A stretch of 62,629 nucleotides of DNA, counting the filler, from Chiloscyllium plagiosum (lineage: Eukaryota), in assembly GCF_004010195.1 (NCBI RefSeq). It is 3 parts of one record of this genome, joined end to end, with 100 filler letters (N's around TTAATTAATTAA, not from the genome) between each part and the next. Parts side by side here need not be neighbours in the genome. Positions count along the whole stretch, not along the records: positions 17,450 to 45,619 come from NC_057713.1; positions 45,720 to 62,629 come from NC_057713.1; 1 more part is not named here. One strand, 5' to 3'. Below are positions 36,738 through 50,228 of the stretch, in pieces (positions within the stretch are counted from its first letter, which is position 1; each line of letters opens with the position of its first letter). A program made the position numbers and the translations under genes. The notes below the pieces were generated by a model. That model was not told the origin of the DNA. It ran no database searches and saw only the letters and a list, made by a program, of their open reading frames with translations.

Positions 36738-36860
36738 CTAGGAGAAAGCGAGGACTGCAGATGCTGGAGATTAGAGTGGTGCTGGAAAAGCACAGCAGGT
36801 CAGGCAGCATCCGAGGAGCAGGAAAATCGACGTTTTGGGCAGAAGCCCTTCATCAGGAAT
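36738..36860 (-). mobile_element. Penelope-like family A end, hammerhead with GAAA>AAAA
   Basis: Minus strand CTGATGA-A-GGGC ttct GCCC-AAAA-C-GTC; flanked by duplicated gggagttccagattccc. Confidence 0.75.
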
Positions 36861-37112
36861 CCGGGAGTTCCAGATTCCCCACCACCCTCTGGGGGAGAAA
36901 AATGTTTCCATGCATCCCCCTCAAACTCCTGCCTCTTCCCTTAAATCCAAGCCCCTTGGTCATTGATCCCCCCTTCAAGGGGAAACGTTTCTTCCTTTCT
37001 ACCCTGTCTATGCCCCTCAAACTTTTATCCATCTCAATCACATCCCCCTCAGTCCCCTCTGCTCCAAGGAAAACAGACGCAGTCTGTCCAATCTCTCTTT
37101 ATCACTGAAACT

Positions 37113-37415
37113 GGGGTGGCACGGTGACTGAGTGGTTAGCTTTGCTGCTTCATTGCCAGGGACCCAGGTTCGATTCCAGCCTTGGGTGACTGTGTGGAGT
37201 TTGCACATTCTCCCCGTGTCTGCGTGGGTTTCCTCCGGGTGCTCCGGTTTCCTCCCACAGTCCAAAGATGTGCAGGTCAGGTGAATTGGCCATGCTAAAC
37301 TGCCCGTAGTATTAGGTGCATTAGTCAGACAGAAATGGGTCTGGGTGGGTTACTTTTCAGAAGGTTGGCATGTGCTTGTTGGGCCGAAGGGCCTGTTTCT
37401 ACACTATAGGGGATC
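37113..37415 (+). mobile_element. HE1-type V-SINE
   Basis: Head, core and tail recognisable. Confidence 0.9.
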
Positions 37416-38554
37416 TTTTAAAAAAACTCTCCATGCTTGTGCAACAACCTGGTAAATCTCCCTCTGCACCCTCCCCCAGTGCTATCACATCCCTCCTAGA
37501 ATGTGAATCCCATGACAACACACAATACTCTCACTGTAGCCTGACCGATATGTTAAACAGTTCCAGGATCTCCTCCCTGAATATATATTGCAAAGAGCCA
37601 GTATAGACACAATGGATCAAATGGCCTTCGTCCCTCCATAGTGTTGTAAATACTATTAAAATCAATGAATACCTTGTCACAACCACTTTAAAAAATATTA
37701 CAAGGGTAACTGCTTTGAGTGACCAAATAATCAATTAATCATTTACTTGTATTAAGTTTCAGAGTTACCTCACTCCAGCAGCATTGCCTACCCTGCATGC
37801 TGACAGTCTGGTGTTCCTATTACTGCATTCAGATTATTGGGAGGCCATTCAGTCCATCATACCTTTGCTTAGAGAGAGCCACCCGATGTTTGAAATTTAC
37901 TCTTGCACAGAATCGTAGAGTGCAGAAAAGGCCCTTCGGCCCATCGTGCTTGCACTGCCAAAGACACATTAAGCCTGCATTACCCCCATGCCCCCCCACT
38001 GGAATGTTACGGCACTAACTGCTCAGCCAAGTACTCTTTAAAGGTTGTGAGGTTTCCTGCCTCAACTACCACCCGGCTCCCCACCCTGCAAACCAACCCC
38101 AGGCAGTGCTTTCCAGACCTCCACCATCCTCTGAGTGAAATTTCTTTTCCTCAAATCCCCTTTAAAATACCTGCATTGCATCTTAAAATTGTACAACTTG
38201 CTACTGACCCTTTGACTAAGGGGAACAGCTGCTTCTAATCTCCACCCCCTCCCCCAAAATCCATTCCCCTTACACTCCTCTATCACCTTTGCTCCAAACA
38301 GCCCGAGATTATCCAGCCTCTCTCCATCACTGAGATGCTCCATCCCAGGCACCATCCTGGGGTATCTCCCTCTGCGATCTCCTCCCCTCTGTACAATCTC
38401 AACATTGCTGACGGCTGACATCCATCCCGAATTATCCTTTGAACTGAGTCGCTTGCTCGAGCCTTTTCGGAAGGCAATTATGAGTCAACCCCACTTGCTG
38501 TGGGTCTGGAGTCACGTGTAGGTCAGACCGGGTAAGGACGACAGATTTCCAAAA

Positions 38555-38672
38555 ACAAGGACTGCAGATGTTGGAAACCATTCCTGATGAAGGGCTTTTG
38601 CCCGAAACTTTGATTTGCCTGCTCCTTGGATGCTGCCTGAACTGCTGTGCTTTTCCAGCACCACTTTAATCT
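38555..38672 (+). mobile_element. Penelope-like family A end with short inverted 5' piece; cleavage triplet mutated
   Basis: CTGATGA-A-GGGC tttt GCCC-GAAA-CTTT (38584-38611). Confidence 0.72.
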
Positions 38673-38789
38673 AGATTTCCTTCTCTGATGGACATTGAGG
38701 TGGGTTTTTACAACAATCCGTGATTGTTTCACAGTCACCAGCACAGAGATTAAGTTTTCAATTCTACATTTTTGCCAATGAATTAAGAT

Positions 38790-39085
38790 AGATTCCCTAC
38801 AGTGTGGAAACAGGCCCTTCGGCCCAACAAGTCCACACCGACCCTCCGAAGAGCAGACCCATTCCCCTACATTTACCCATTCACCTAACACTACAGGCAA
38901 TTTAGCATGGCCAATTCACCTGACCTGTACATCTGTGTGAGGAAACCGGAGCACCCAGACGAAACCCACGCAGACACGGGGAGACCATGCAAACTCCGCA
39001 CAGACAGTGGCCCGTGGCGGGAATTGAACCCCGGTCTCTGGCGCTGAGGGGCAACAGTGCTAACCACTGAGCCGTCGTACCGCCC
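38790..39085 (-). mobile_element. HE1-type V-SINE
   Basis: Reverse head, core and tail. Confidence 0.88.
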
Positions 39086-42000
39086 TTCCACCAGACGTTG
39101 GGAGACTTGAACCCAGAGCATTAACCTGACCACTGTCTGAGGTCTTCCTGCTGAAGTTTATTGGGGTTCGTTCAGTTATCAGTCCCTCCTACAGCCTCAA
39201 ATTGATGTAAATGTGGTCTTCCATGTGTAAGAGAGGTCTTTAGTATGTTCAGATACAGCCAAATCCCAAAGTTTGTTTGCTTCCTTGATATGCTACTGTC
39301 CAGAACCAAACTGCATTTGTATTCATAAAAAATATCTTGAACAAAGTATATCTTTGAAATTCAAAAAAAAAACAAGTCTCTCTGACAAATTTCCTGTGCA
39401 AAGCTAGGAAAGATTTACGGAGAGGCAGATTTGGTGTTAGTTAGTGCACTTATCCAGTGTGAAGTAACGTTTTTACACAGGAAGAGAATTTGAGGGTTAT
39501 GGGGAAAACGCAGGAGCAGAGTTGAGGATTGTCAGATCAGCCGTGATCTCAGTGAATAGTGGAACAGACTCAATGGGCTGAATGGCCTACTTCCGCTTCA
39601 GTGGGGGGGTGGGGAAGAGATTGGAACTCTCTCCAGTTCTCCCCCCAAGCAACCACATGGACACGTGTGAAACAATATGTTGTATGGTCTCACTGGGGAA
39701 AATGATACTTTAAGAAGGAAATGTGCCAGAGTCTTAGGTTAATGCTCTGGGATACGTGCTCAAGTCTTAACAGGGGTGGCCGAAGGAATTTAAATTCAAT
39801 TAATTGATAAAAGTCTGCAATTGGAAGTTTAGTTTTACGAATGGTGATCATGAGGTCATCATTGATTGCCATCTGGTTCACTCATGCCCTTTTAAGGGAG
39901 GGAAACCTTCCAACTTTACCCGGTCTGGCCTACCGGGTCGCGACTCCATACATGCAGCAATATGGTTTATTCTTAGCTGCCCTGTGAAATGGCGCAGAAA
40001 GCCACTCAGCTCATGGACATTGAACAAAATACCCAACCTTATCAAAAAAAAAAATTTTCAACCAACTTGTCGTCACTCATACTGTCGTACACCAAAAACT
40101 GGTCAAACGTTGAAAGGTTAGTCGGCGAGAACCAAAGCTTTGAGCCCCTTATTCTACCAATGGTACAACCAGCCGCTGTGTCCTCAGCTATTTTATGTTG
40201 GCCATTCAGCCCATCAAGTCTCCTCTGCCATTCAATGAGACCATAGCTGACTGAAGGAGGTGACAAGATCCTACACTGCAGAATTCTCATCTGAACCCCC
40301 CTCTTCTACCTCACCCTCCTTTTTAAAGGCATTTCTTAGATGCTACTTCTGTTGGAACTTTGCCTAAATATATCCTCACATCACCCGGTCCATGCGGTTT
40401 ATTTGTCCACGCCCCAGTGAAGAGCCTTGAAGACATAATGAAATAAGGACAGCACCTGTGCTGCACTTACATTGACGCTTACAGCCAATGAGGAACTGAG
40501 AGTGCAGTCAATGCTTTAACGTGAAGAAGTTAATGATGTTATAGCCGTTACTAGGATACATCAATATCCTGGGCCAATAATGTCAGTCAACTCGCCAGTA
40601 GTTTAGTAAGCGCGGTTGCCATCGTCAAACACTCCTCCTTGTAAAAACATGACAAATTCGCCTTTCGCCAAGCCATCACAATAATTATCAGACACTGAAC
40701 ACAAACTTGCACAAGTATGTAATTGTGCAAACGGGGCAGCACAGGGGCTCAGTGGTTAGCACTGCTGCCTTGCAGCACCAGGGACCCGGGTTCGGTTCCA
40801 GCCTCGGGCGACTGCCTGCATGGAAGTTGGATATCTCCCAGTCTCTGCGTGGGTTTTCTCCGGTTTCCTCCCACAGTCCAAAAATGTGCAGGCTAGAGTG
40901 GATTGCCTTTGGGAAATTGTCCTGTAGTGCCCAGGGATGTGCAGGCCAGGTGGGGTAGCCATGGGAAATGTGGGTTACAAACAGAGGGTGTGATGACCTT
41001 AGGAGGATCAGTACAGACTCGATGGGCTGAATGGCCTCTTCCCAGACTATAGAGATTCTATGAATCCAGTCTGTCCAAACATGCAACCTTACAAACCAAT
41101 AGCTGCTCTGTGCAGTGAGACCTTGAAGACATCGAAGTGGATCTGATCCCAGTCAAAAGGCAATGATCCACCTCCACCAACATTGGTCAATCTCACGAGT
41201 GGGTGCCGGCAGCAGGAACCCTGGGCAGAATTTACTCGCCCCCCAGGCCACCCCGAGACCAATACCTGCCTCCCAAGAAACACGACACAGCTGAGGCTCA
41301 GTGCGTTCGAATCCCACTAGAGTACAAGGTCTGGGAATGTCTCCATTTGCTAATTAATTCCTGGTGATCTGTAATACGCGATTTTTTAATTATTTTATTT
41401 TTTCCAATTTCTTCACCCTAAGCATCTGTACTTAAAAATTTTGTTATGATGGCGCCGTAAGTGGCGACTTGTAAACTTTTCACTGTCCTCCTATGACGAT
41501 AAAACCAATTCCAATTCTAAGTTGCCAGCTCTCCCAGCAGGTTCGGGACGGAGATATCCCCTCGCCCACCCTCCCACAGCTGGATGCAGAATATTCCGTG
41601 GAGCAGGAGCAGGAGCTCCGGTCAATAAACAGCTACCAACCAGCAACTCTAACCAGATGACTGGGTCGTACACGCATTGTGGGAAAGTGCCGTGTTGTAA
41701 ACTGACTGCTACGTTTCCAGCTGTAAACAGCAGGAGGCCGGTTAGAGAAAAGTCAAACACATCAGCCATGGGGAGGGGGGTAATGTACTGGTGCGGACAA
41801 TTGATTGGCAAACAGGGAGAGGATAAGAAGTGGGTCATTCTCACATTGGCAAGAATAGTGAGGCAGCACAAGGATCAGTACTTGGCTCACAGAATCATAG
41901 ATTTATGCAGCACAGACCCTTCCAGGCCCAACGTGTCCATACCGATAAAGTTTCCCAAACTAAACTAGTACCACTTGACTGCATTTGCACAATTTTTCTT

Positions 42001-42870
42001 TTCATTCATTGCCCATCCCTAATTGTTAAGGGTCAACCCCATTGCTGTGGTTCTGGAGTCTCATGTTGGCCAGACCAGGTAAGGATGGCAATTTCCTTCT
42101 CTAAAGGACATTAGTGAACCAGATAGGCTTTTCCCAGACAATCAGCAATAGATTCATAGTCATAGTCAGCCTCTTAATTCCAGATTTTTATTGGATTCAA
42201 ATTCCACCATCTGCCTGTGGTGAGATTTGAACACACTCCTCAGAACATTCTCTGGATTAACGGTTGAGCAACAAATACCACTAGGTCATCCCCTCCAAAC
42301 CTTTCCTATTCACGAACCTGCCCCAACGTCTTTGAAATGTTGCAATCCCAGGTGACTGTGTGGAGTTTGCACTTTCTCCCCGTGTCTGCGTGGGTTTCCT
42401 CCGGGTGCTCCGGTTTCCTCCCACTTGCTCAGTGTTCAGAGAAGTGTAGGTGGGGTGCATTACTCAGGGGAAATGTAGAAGTAATGGGGAAAGGGTTTGG
42501 GTGAAATACTTCTCAGAGGGTCAGAGTGGACTTGTTGGACTGAAGGGCCTGTTTCCACACTGCAGACGAATTGAACAGAGTTTGGATTACCTGGAGTTTA
42601 GAAGAATGAGGGGGGGACCTTCAAAACCTATAAACTTCTAACAGGGGAAACATAGGAAGGATGTTCAGATGATAAGAAATAGGAACAGGAGTAGGCCATT
42701 CAGCCCCTTGAGCCTGCTTCCCCCATTCAATAGGATCGTGGCTGATCTGACATTCCTCACACCCACCTTCCTGCTCTTTCCCTTGATTCCCCGACTGATC
42801 AAGAATCTATCGATCTCAGCCTTAAATATGCACTAGGACTCTGCCCCCACCGCTCTCTGGGACAAGGAGT

Positions 42871-43189
42871 GGGCAGCACGGTGGCACAGTGGTTAGCACT
42901 ACTGCCTCACAGCGCCAGAGACCCGGGTTCAATTCCCGCCTCAGGCAACTGACTGTGTGGAGTTTGCACATTCTCCCCGTGTCTGTGTGGGTTTCCTCCG
43001 GGTGCTCCGGTTTCCTCCCAAAGTCCAAAAATGTGCAGGGTCAGGTGAATTGGCCACGCTAAATTGCCCGTAGTGTTAGGTGCAGGGGTAAGTGTAGGGG
43101 AATGGGTCTGGGTGGGTGCGCTTCGGCGGGGGGGTGTGGACTTGTTGGGCCGAAGGGCCTGTTTCCATACTGTAAAGTAATCTAATCTA
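42871..43189 (+). mobile_element. Young HE1-type V-SINE nested in CR1, with 7-bp TSD
   Basis: aaggagt at 42864-42870 and 43190-43196. Confidence 0.92.
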
Positions 43190-45619
43190 AAGGAGTTCCA
43201 TACCCCGAGAGAGGAAATTCCTCCTCATCTCAGTCTGAAATTGGTGCCCCCTTTATTCTGAGACTGTTCCCTCTGCTCCTGGACTCTCCCAGGAGGGGAA
43301 ACATCCTCTCGGCATTGACCCTGTCAAGCCCCTTTAAGAATCTGACGTGTTTCAATGGGATCACCCTCATTCCTCTCCACCCCAAGAACTAGATTCCCAC
43401 TCTGCTTAACCTTCATTCATAAGACAATCCGTCCATCATTCTCATGCCTGAGGAGGTCCCAAACCAGGGCTCACAGGGTAAGGATCTGGAATACGGACAG
43501 AGATGGGGAGAAACACCTTCACCAGGAGACTGGGGAGTCTGGGGAATTCTCTGCCACAGAAAACGATCCTATTGAATGGTGAGTCTAGGAACAGAGGGTA
43601 CAGTCTCAGAGCAAGGGGCTGAATGGCCTACTTCTGCAGCTACAGGGCAGGGGAAGATGTGAGAGGAACAACATGACACAGCACTGTGGTAAACCACTGA
43701 TAGGAGGAGCTCACAATAAAAATGGCAGTGACACAAAGCAATTGGCAGGAGGTGCACTTTGGCAGTGGGCAATGCTGGTTCAGTAACTCCAGGAGTATAC
43801 ACTGTCCAGCAAAGTGCAGCACATTAACTCTGCATGAATCCAGCACTACAAAGCATTCTTAAAATGTTCAGGTTGTAGATCAGAATTACCTCATGGCCAT
43901 TATGAAAAAAAGAGCACCAGCTACCTTATTTATAACTTGACGTGACAGTGGGAGATGGCAGACAATCTGTAGCCCAATGTCTGCGGCAGACGGATCTTAA
44001 TAAAGAGATTTAACTTTGAAGTTACGCAGCGTATCATCACGGCGATTACACGTCTCCATTATCCTCATAATTCACTGGTGCACAGTGCAGGTCTGACAGG
44101 CTATTAAATTCTGCTGGCCTGGGGTTTCTACTGGTGCTTGGTTTCATTAAATTGTAATCAGCTCAGCTTTTGATAATTAGACAAAAATTGGGAATCCGCA
44201 AGCAGTCTTGTTCTCTTTCGGCTCCTTTTGTTACCCTGTGCGCTGTGGCACCCTCTGTGCAACTCTCAAAGCTAAAAAACAATAATTGGACTTTCAGAAG
44301 AATGAACGAGGACACCCAGAGATAACATCCTGGCAGATGCGGTACAATGACACACAGCCAAAAAGCTGTGGGCAAAACAATAATCATCATGTGTGTCTGT
44401 GTGACATGCGTGTTTATGTGCGTGAGTGTATGTACGTGCATGTTTGTGTGTGTGCGTGTAGGGATACAGGGTAAGGCGGCAGGTAATTGGCACTCCGTGA
44501 TAGAGCCAGCTTGATGGGCCAAACAGCCTCCCTCCGTGGCATAACCATTCTGGGATTCTGTCATCGCTACCATATTTGCCCCACAGAGCCACCAATTACT
44601 CAGCAGCAGCTTTGGGGCAACCTGGTGGCAGTTTGTACCTAACCGTGCTGATGAGGGGGGGGGGGTGGTGGAGTGAAAGACTGGATTAAGCACAGTCACC
44701 AGGCATGTTGCATTATTTCTGCTGACTCATGCTCTCTCTCTCTCCCTCTCCCTGTAGCTGTGCGTAGGCAGACAGCATGTGCCTATGCTGCTAACATCTG
44801 CAGCATGGGGACGGTTGGGTTAGGGAGAGAGGCGGTGAGTATAAACTCCAGCTCTCCTTCCACATCACTGACCCAGCATTACGTCGCCAAGCTTGACGTT
44901 ATTGCAATCACGACACCAAAACACAGGCGCTTTCAAACACACACCCCCCACCCCCAACATCTTCCCCGCTGTTCTCAAACTTATGAATGGACCCCTCGTA
45001 TACTAAAGCTGACCTTTCTCTGCACCTTGTCTGTAGCTGTAACACTATATTCTGCATTCGGTTCTATTACCCTGATGCACTTATGTAAGGGATGATTTGT
45101 TCTGGTAACACACAAAATACTTTTCACTGTATCTTGGTACATGTGACAAAAATAAATCAAATCAAATATTCCTCCACCTTACTTGAGAGGGGTGGAAAAC
45201 AAAAAGCAGCAGCTCAGGGAGCCAGTCGGCCTGTTGAACTCATTCTATCACTCGTACAATTAGGTCACGGCTCATCTACCCCTCAAACCAGTCACCCTCT
45301 GCAAACGAATCACAGGACTAGGAGTAACTCTGCCATTCAATCTGACTGTGGCTGATCACCCAGCTTTCTCCCGAGGCTCTTTGATCCCTTTAGCATCAAG
45401 AACCCTTCCTATCGGCTTCTCAAACACATTCAAATGTTCTGGCTCCAACAGTTTTCTGTGGCAGAGAATCCACAGAGTTCAGTAGGCTCTGCCTGACGAA
45501 AATCTATCAATCACAGTTTTCAACTGACTCTGACACCCACACCCGCCCGCCCGTACACACACACACACCCGCCCGCCCGTACACACACGCACACCCACAC
45601 CCGCCCGTACACACACGCA

Positions 45620-45719
45620 NNNNNNNNNNNNNNNNNNNNNNNNNNNNNNNNNNNNNNNNNNNNTTAATTAATTAANNNNNNNNNNNNNNNNNNNNNNNNN
45701 NNNNNNNNNNNNNNNNNNN
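45620..45719. other. Artificial 100-bp scaffold gap with TTAATTAATTAA linker
   Basis: N44 + linker (45664-45675) + N44; preceded by a (CA/CCCG)-rich tandem repeat at 45535-45619. Confidence 0.97.
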
Positions 45720-46061
45720 CTAAACCCTTCCTATTCACATACCCATCCAGATGCCTTTTAAATATTGTAATTGTACCACTTCCTCTGGAACTCATTCCAC
45801 ACACGCAACACAGATTGGTGGGGCTTTAATAAAAGTTAGGTGTGTGACCATTTGAAAGTTTAACATCAATGGTATTGCCAGTGTATTTTTAAACTGAGCT
45901 ACATCTCAAAGACCCGGACACTGGAACACAGTAAAAATTCTAAAATGGCTCTGATGCCACACCTGGAGGAACAGCAGAGATGGTAAGATTGGTCTGACAG
46001 GCTGGGACAATGGGCACGTAACGTTTAGTGCCAAGAGGGACAATGTGGTGCATTTTGGCAA

Positions 46062-46592
46062 AATCAAAAATCACAAGGCACTAGGTTAAAGACCAACGGG
46101 TTTATTTGAAACCACAAGCCCTCCCAGAGTGGCTCAGTGGTTAGCACTGCTGCCTCACAGCACCAGGGTCCCAGGTTCGATTCCAGCCTCATGCAACTGT
46201 CTGTGTGGAGTTTGCATGTTCTCCCAGTGTCTGTATGGATTTCCTCCGGGTGCTCTGGTTTCCTCCCATAATCCAAAAGATGTGCAGGTCAGGTGAATCG
46301 GGCATGCTAAATTGCCCATAGTGTTAGGTGTGTTAGTCAGGGGGAAATGGGTCTGGGTGGGTTACTCTTCAGAGGGTCGGTGTGGACTGGTTGGGCCAAA
46401 GGGCCTGTATCCACACTGTAGGGAATCTAACAAAATCTCGCCCTGCTCCTTCTCCAGGTAGCTACCTGCCTGACAAAGGGGCAGCGCTCTGAGAGCTTGT
46501 GCTTCCAAATAAACCTGTTGGACTATAATCTGGTGTTGTGTAACCTTTGACCTTGGGCCACCCCAGTCCCAACACCGGCACCTCCACATTTT
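46062..46592. mobile_element. Penelope-like family B inverted pair split by an HE1 SINE (46129-46430)
   Basis: gaccaacgggtttatttgaa (inverted) ... SINE ... ctgacaaaggggcagcgctctgagagcttgtgcttccaaataaacctgttggac. Confidence 0.65.
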
Positions 46593-47099
46593 GGCAGAAA
46601 GAACAGTAAGACGTCAGTGGGTTCAAGATTAGATTAGATTTTCTGAACTGTCTCCAATGTAATAATATCCTTTCTATAGGACGGCACAGAGATACAGTAC
46701 TCCAAAAGGGGCCTCTCCGACCCCCTGTACAACAGGGCATTGCCAACTCCAACAGCCAACGGTCTGAGCAATGAAGGGATAACATGCCGAAAGCCTTCTT
46801 AACCACCCATTCTACATGTAACTCAAATTTCAATGAATTTTGTACCTGATTTCCTAGGTCCCTCTGTTTTACAACATTACCCTCCCACTAATTGTACAAT
46901 TCTTACCCGGCTTGTTTTAACAAAATGCAATGCCCAGCATTTCTCCAAAATAACCTTCACCTGCCACTGTTCAGCTCACTGTCCCACTGATCAAGCTTCC
47001 TTTGTAATCTTGTAAAACCTTCACTGTCCACTGCACCACCAATTTTTGTGTTATCCACAAACTTGCGAACCATGGATCCTAAATTGACACTTCAATACT

Positions 47100-47225
47100 T
47101 TGTTATAAATTCTGTGTCCTATGTGTCTGCCCCACTAGCTCCCTGACCAAGGAGCCGCACTCCGAAAACTTGCACTTCCAAATAAACCTGTTGGACTATA
47201 ACTCAGTGTTGTGTGATTTTTAACT
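47100..47225 (+). mobile_element. Penelope-like family B end, degenerate hammerhead
   Basis: CTGACCA-A-GGAGC cgc ACTCC-GAAA-ACTT then cttccaaataaacctgttggac. Confidence 0.65.
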
Positions 47226-47329
47226 CTTACCTTAAATTATCATCCAAATTGTTTATATAAATAACAAACAAAAGCAGACCCAGTACCTATTCATGTGGCA
47301 CACCACTGGTCACAGGCCTTAGGTCCGAA

Positions 47330-49560
47330 AAACAACCCTCCACCACCACGTCTGTCTGCCACCATCAAGCCAATTCTGTATCAGATTGGCAAGCTCTCCC
47401 TGAATTCCATGTGATCTCACTTTTCTAATTAGTCTACCATGCAGAGCCTTGTCAAAGGCTTTGTCACAGACCATGTAAACATCCTCTAACGCACTACCCT
47501 CAATTGTTTTGGTAACCTCCTCAAAAAACTCAATCAAGTTTGAGACACACAATTTCCCTCAACACAAAGCCATGCTGACTATCCTTAATCAGTCATAGAG
47601 TCATAGAGATGTACAGCATGGAATCAGGCCCTTCGGTCCAACCTGTCCATGCCGACCAGACATCCCAACCCAATCTAGTCCCATCTGCCAGCACCTGGCC
47701 CATATCCCTCCAAACCCTTCCTATTCATATACCCATCCCAGTTGCCTTTTAAATGTTGCAATTGTACCAGCCTCCACCACATCCTCTGGCAGCTCATTCC
47801 ATACATGTACCACCCTGAGTGAAAAAATTGCCTCTCAGATCTCTGTTATATATTTCCCCTCTCACCCTAAACCTATGCCCTCTAGTTCTGGACTTTCCGA
47901 CCCCAGCGAAAAGACTTTGTCTATTTATTCTATCCATGCCCCTCAATTTCGTAAATCTCTATCAAGTCACCCCTCAGCCTCTGACGCTCCAGGGAAAACA
48001 GCCCCAGCCTGTTCAGCCTCTCCCTGTAGCTCAAATCCTCCAACCCTGGCAACATCCTTTAAATCTTTTCTGAACCCTTTCAAGTTTCACAACATTGTTC
48101 CGATAGGAAGGAGACCAGAATTGCACACAATATTCCAAAAGTGGCCTAACCAATGTCCTGTACAGTTGCAACATGACCTCCCAACTCCTGTACTCAATAC
48201 TCTGACCAATAAAGGAAAGCATACCAAACGCCTTCTTCATTATCCTATCACCCTGCGACTCCACTTTCAAGGAGCTATGAACCTGCACTCCAAGGTCTCT
48301 TTGTTCAGCAACACTCCCTCGGACCTTACCATTAAGGGTATAAGTCCTGCTAAGATTTGCTTTCCTAAAATGCATACCTCACATTTATCTAAATTAAACT
48401 CCATCTGCCACTTCTCAGCTCATTGACCCATCTGGTCCAGATCCTGTTGTCCTTGCGTCTCCAAATGTATGTAAATCCCACCTCTCAGAATCACCTCTTA
48501 ACAACTAAGCCACCATTTAGGCCTTACAATTTCTTCCCCAACCTCCCACAACATCCTGGGATACACTTGGCCAGACCCCAGAGATTTTACCTTCCTTTAC
48601 ATTTTCGATGACCTCCAGCATCTCCTCTTATGTAATGTGAACTGTTTTCAAAACATCAATATTTCCCTGAGCGTTCGAGCCTCCATTTCTGTCTTCGCAG
48701 TAAAACAGATGCGAAATATTCGTTTAGCATCTCTCCCATCTCCTGAGATTTAACACATAGACAACTTTATTGATCTTTAGAGGCCCTATTCTCTCCCTAG
48801 TTGCTCTTAGTGTATTTGTAGTAAGTCTTTGGATTATATTTAACCTTATCTGCTAAGGCTACCTCATATCCTCTTTTTGTTTTTCTGATTTACTCCTTAA
48901 GAATGTCCCTACACCTGTTGTACTCTTCATGAGATTCACTTGATCCCAACTGTCTGTATCAATATATGACTCTTTGTTTTTATCTGAACCTCAATGTCTC
49001 CATTCATCCATTGTTCCTGACTCTTAACAACCTTGTATTTGACTCTAACAGGAACACATTGCCTCTGAGCTCTCATTATCACAGTTCTGAAACCTCCCAC
49101 TTGTCAGTTGTCCCTTTACCCTTGAACAGTCTTCTCCAATCGACTTTTGGAAGCTCCTGTCTCGTACCGTTAAAATCTTATTCCAGTTAACAAATTTAAC
49201 TTTTATACAAGGCCTATCCTTTTCCATCATTATTTTAAAAGTAAGAGAATAATGATCACTGGTCGCAAAGTGCCCCCCAACAAACACTTCAGTCACTTGC
49301 TGGAAATGTGTTGCTGGAAAAGCGCAGCAGGTCAGGCAGCATCCAGGGAATAGGAGAATCGACGTTTCGGGCATAAGCCCACTTCAGTCACTTGCCCCAC
49401 CTTACCAAGAAAAGTCACGTTCTGCTCCTTCTCTTACATGCACATCTACAGATTGATAAACAAAATATTCTTGAACACTTTTAACAAATTCCTCACCATC
49501 CAAGACTCTAACACCATGGCACTTCAAGTCTATGTTTGGCAAGTTAAAATCTCTTTTATT
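47330..49560 (-). mobile_element. Nested CR1 LINE ORF2 fragments (older RT piece plus younger 3' end at 47595-48445)
   Basis: ORFs 47319-47552 and 48031-48375; HFATSDH endonuclease motif near 49250. Confidence 0.85.
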
Positions 49561-50100
49561 ACAACCCTATTGTTGTTAAACATATCCGAGATCTCTCTCC
49601 ATATTTGGTCTCTCACGGCCTGACTGTGCAACACTGTCTTTCCCCAAGCCATCTGGCTCCTGAACACTGTATAAATCACACATTATTCCATCTGAAATTT
49701 GTTGTAAAACTGAGTTACTGCTAAAACAATGATTTTTTATTAATGTTCATTCATTATTACGCTGCAGTTTGCGTTATTGTTAATGTAGCACCTCAGTCCT
49801 AGAGAAACGCTGTCTCGTTTTTATCCTATCAGTCATACATGACAGAAATGCCAAATAAAACTACTCTTAACTCTTGATATTTGCTCCTTAGTTTCCTTCT
49901 GACTACTGGGGTAAGGGGGGTGGAGGGAGGGAGGGAATTCCAATTGAAGAAAGGTGATCATCCCTCTCTCTTATTTCCAAGTTCCACCCATACAGCTTCA
50001 CTGGACGATCCCTCAGAAATAAACTAAGCGCAGGAGAAATGCTTTCCCTAATCAAGAACACCAGTCCCCATTCTCTCTTGACTCCCTTTCTATCCTTTAC

Positions 50101-50228
50101 AACCACCTGATGAAGGAGCAGCGCTCCAAAAGCTAGTGCTTCCAAATAAACCTGTTGGACTATAACTGGTGTTGCGTGATTTTTAACTTTGGCCACCGCA
50201 GTCCAACACCAGCATCTCCAAATCATGA
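50101..50228 (+). mobile_element. Penelope-like family B end with hammerhead (GAAA>AAAA)
   Basis: cac-CTGATGA-A-GGAGC agc GCTCC-AAAA-G-CTA-gtg (50104-50138). Confidence 0.7.
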
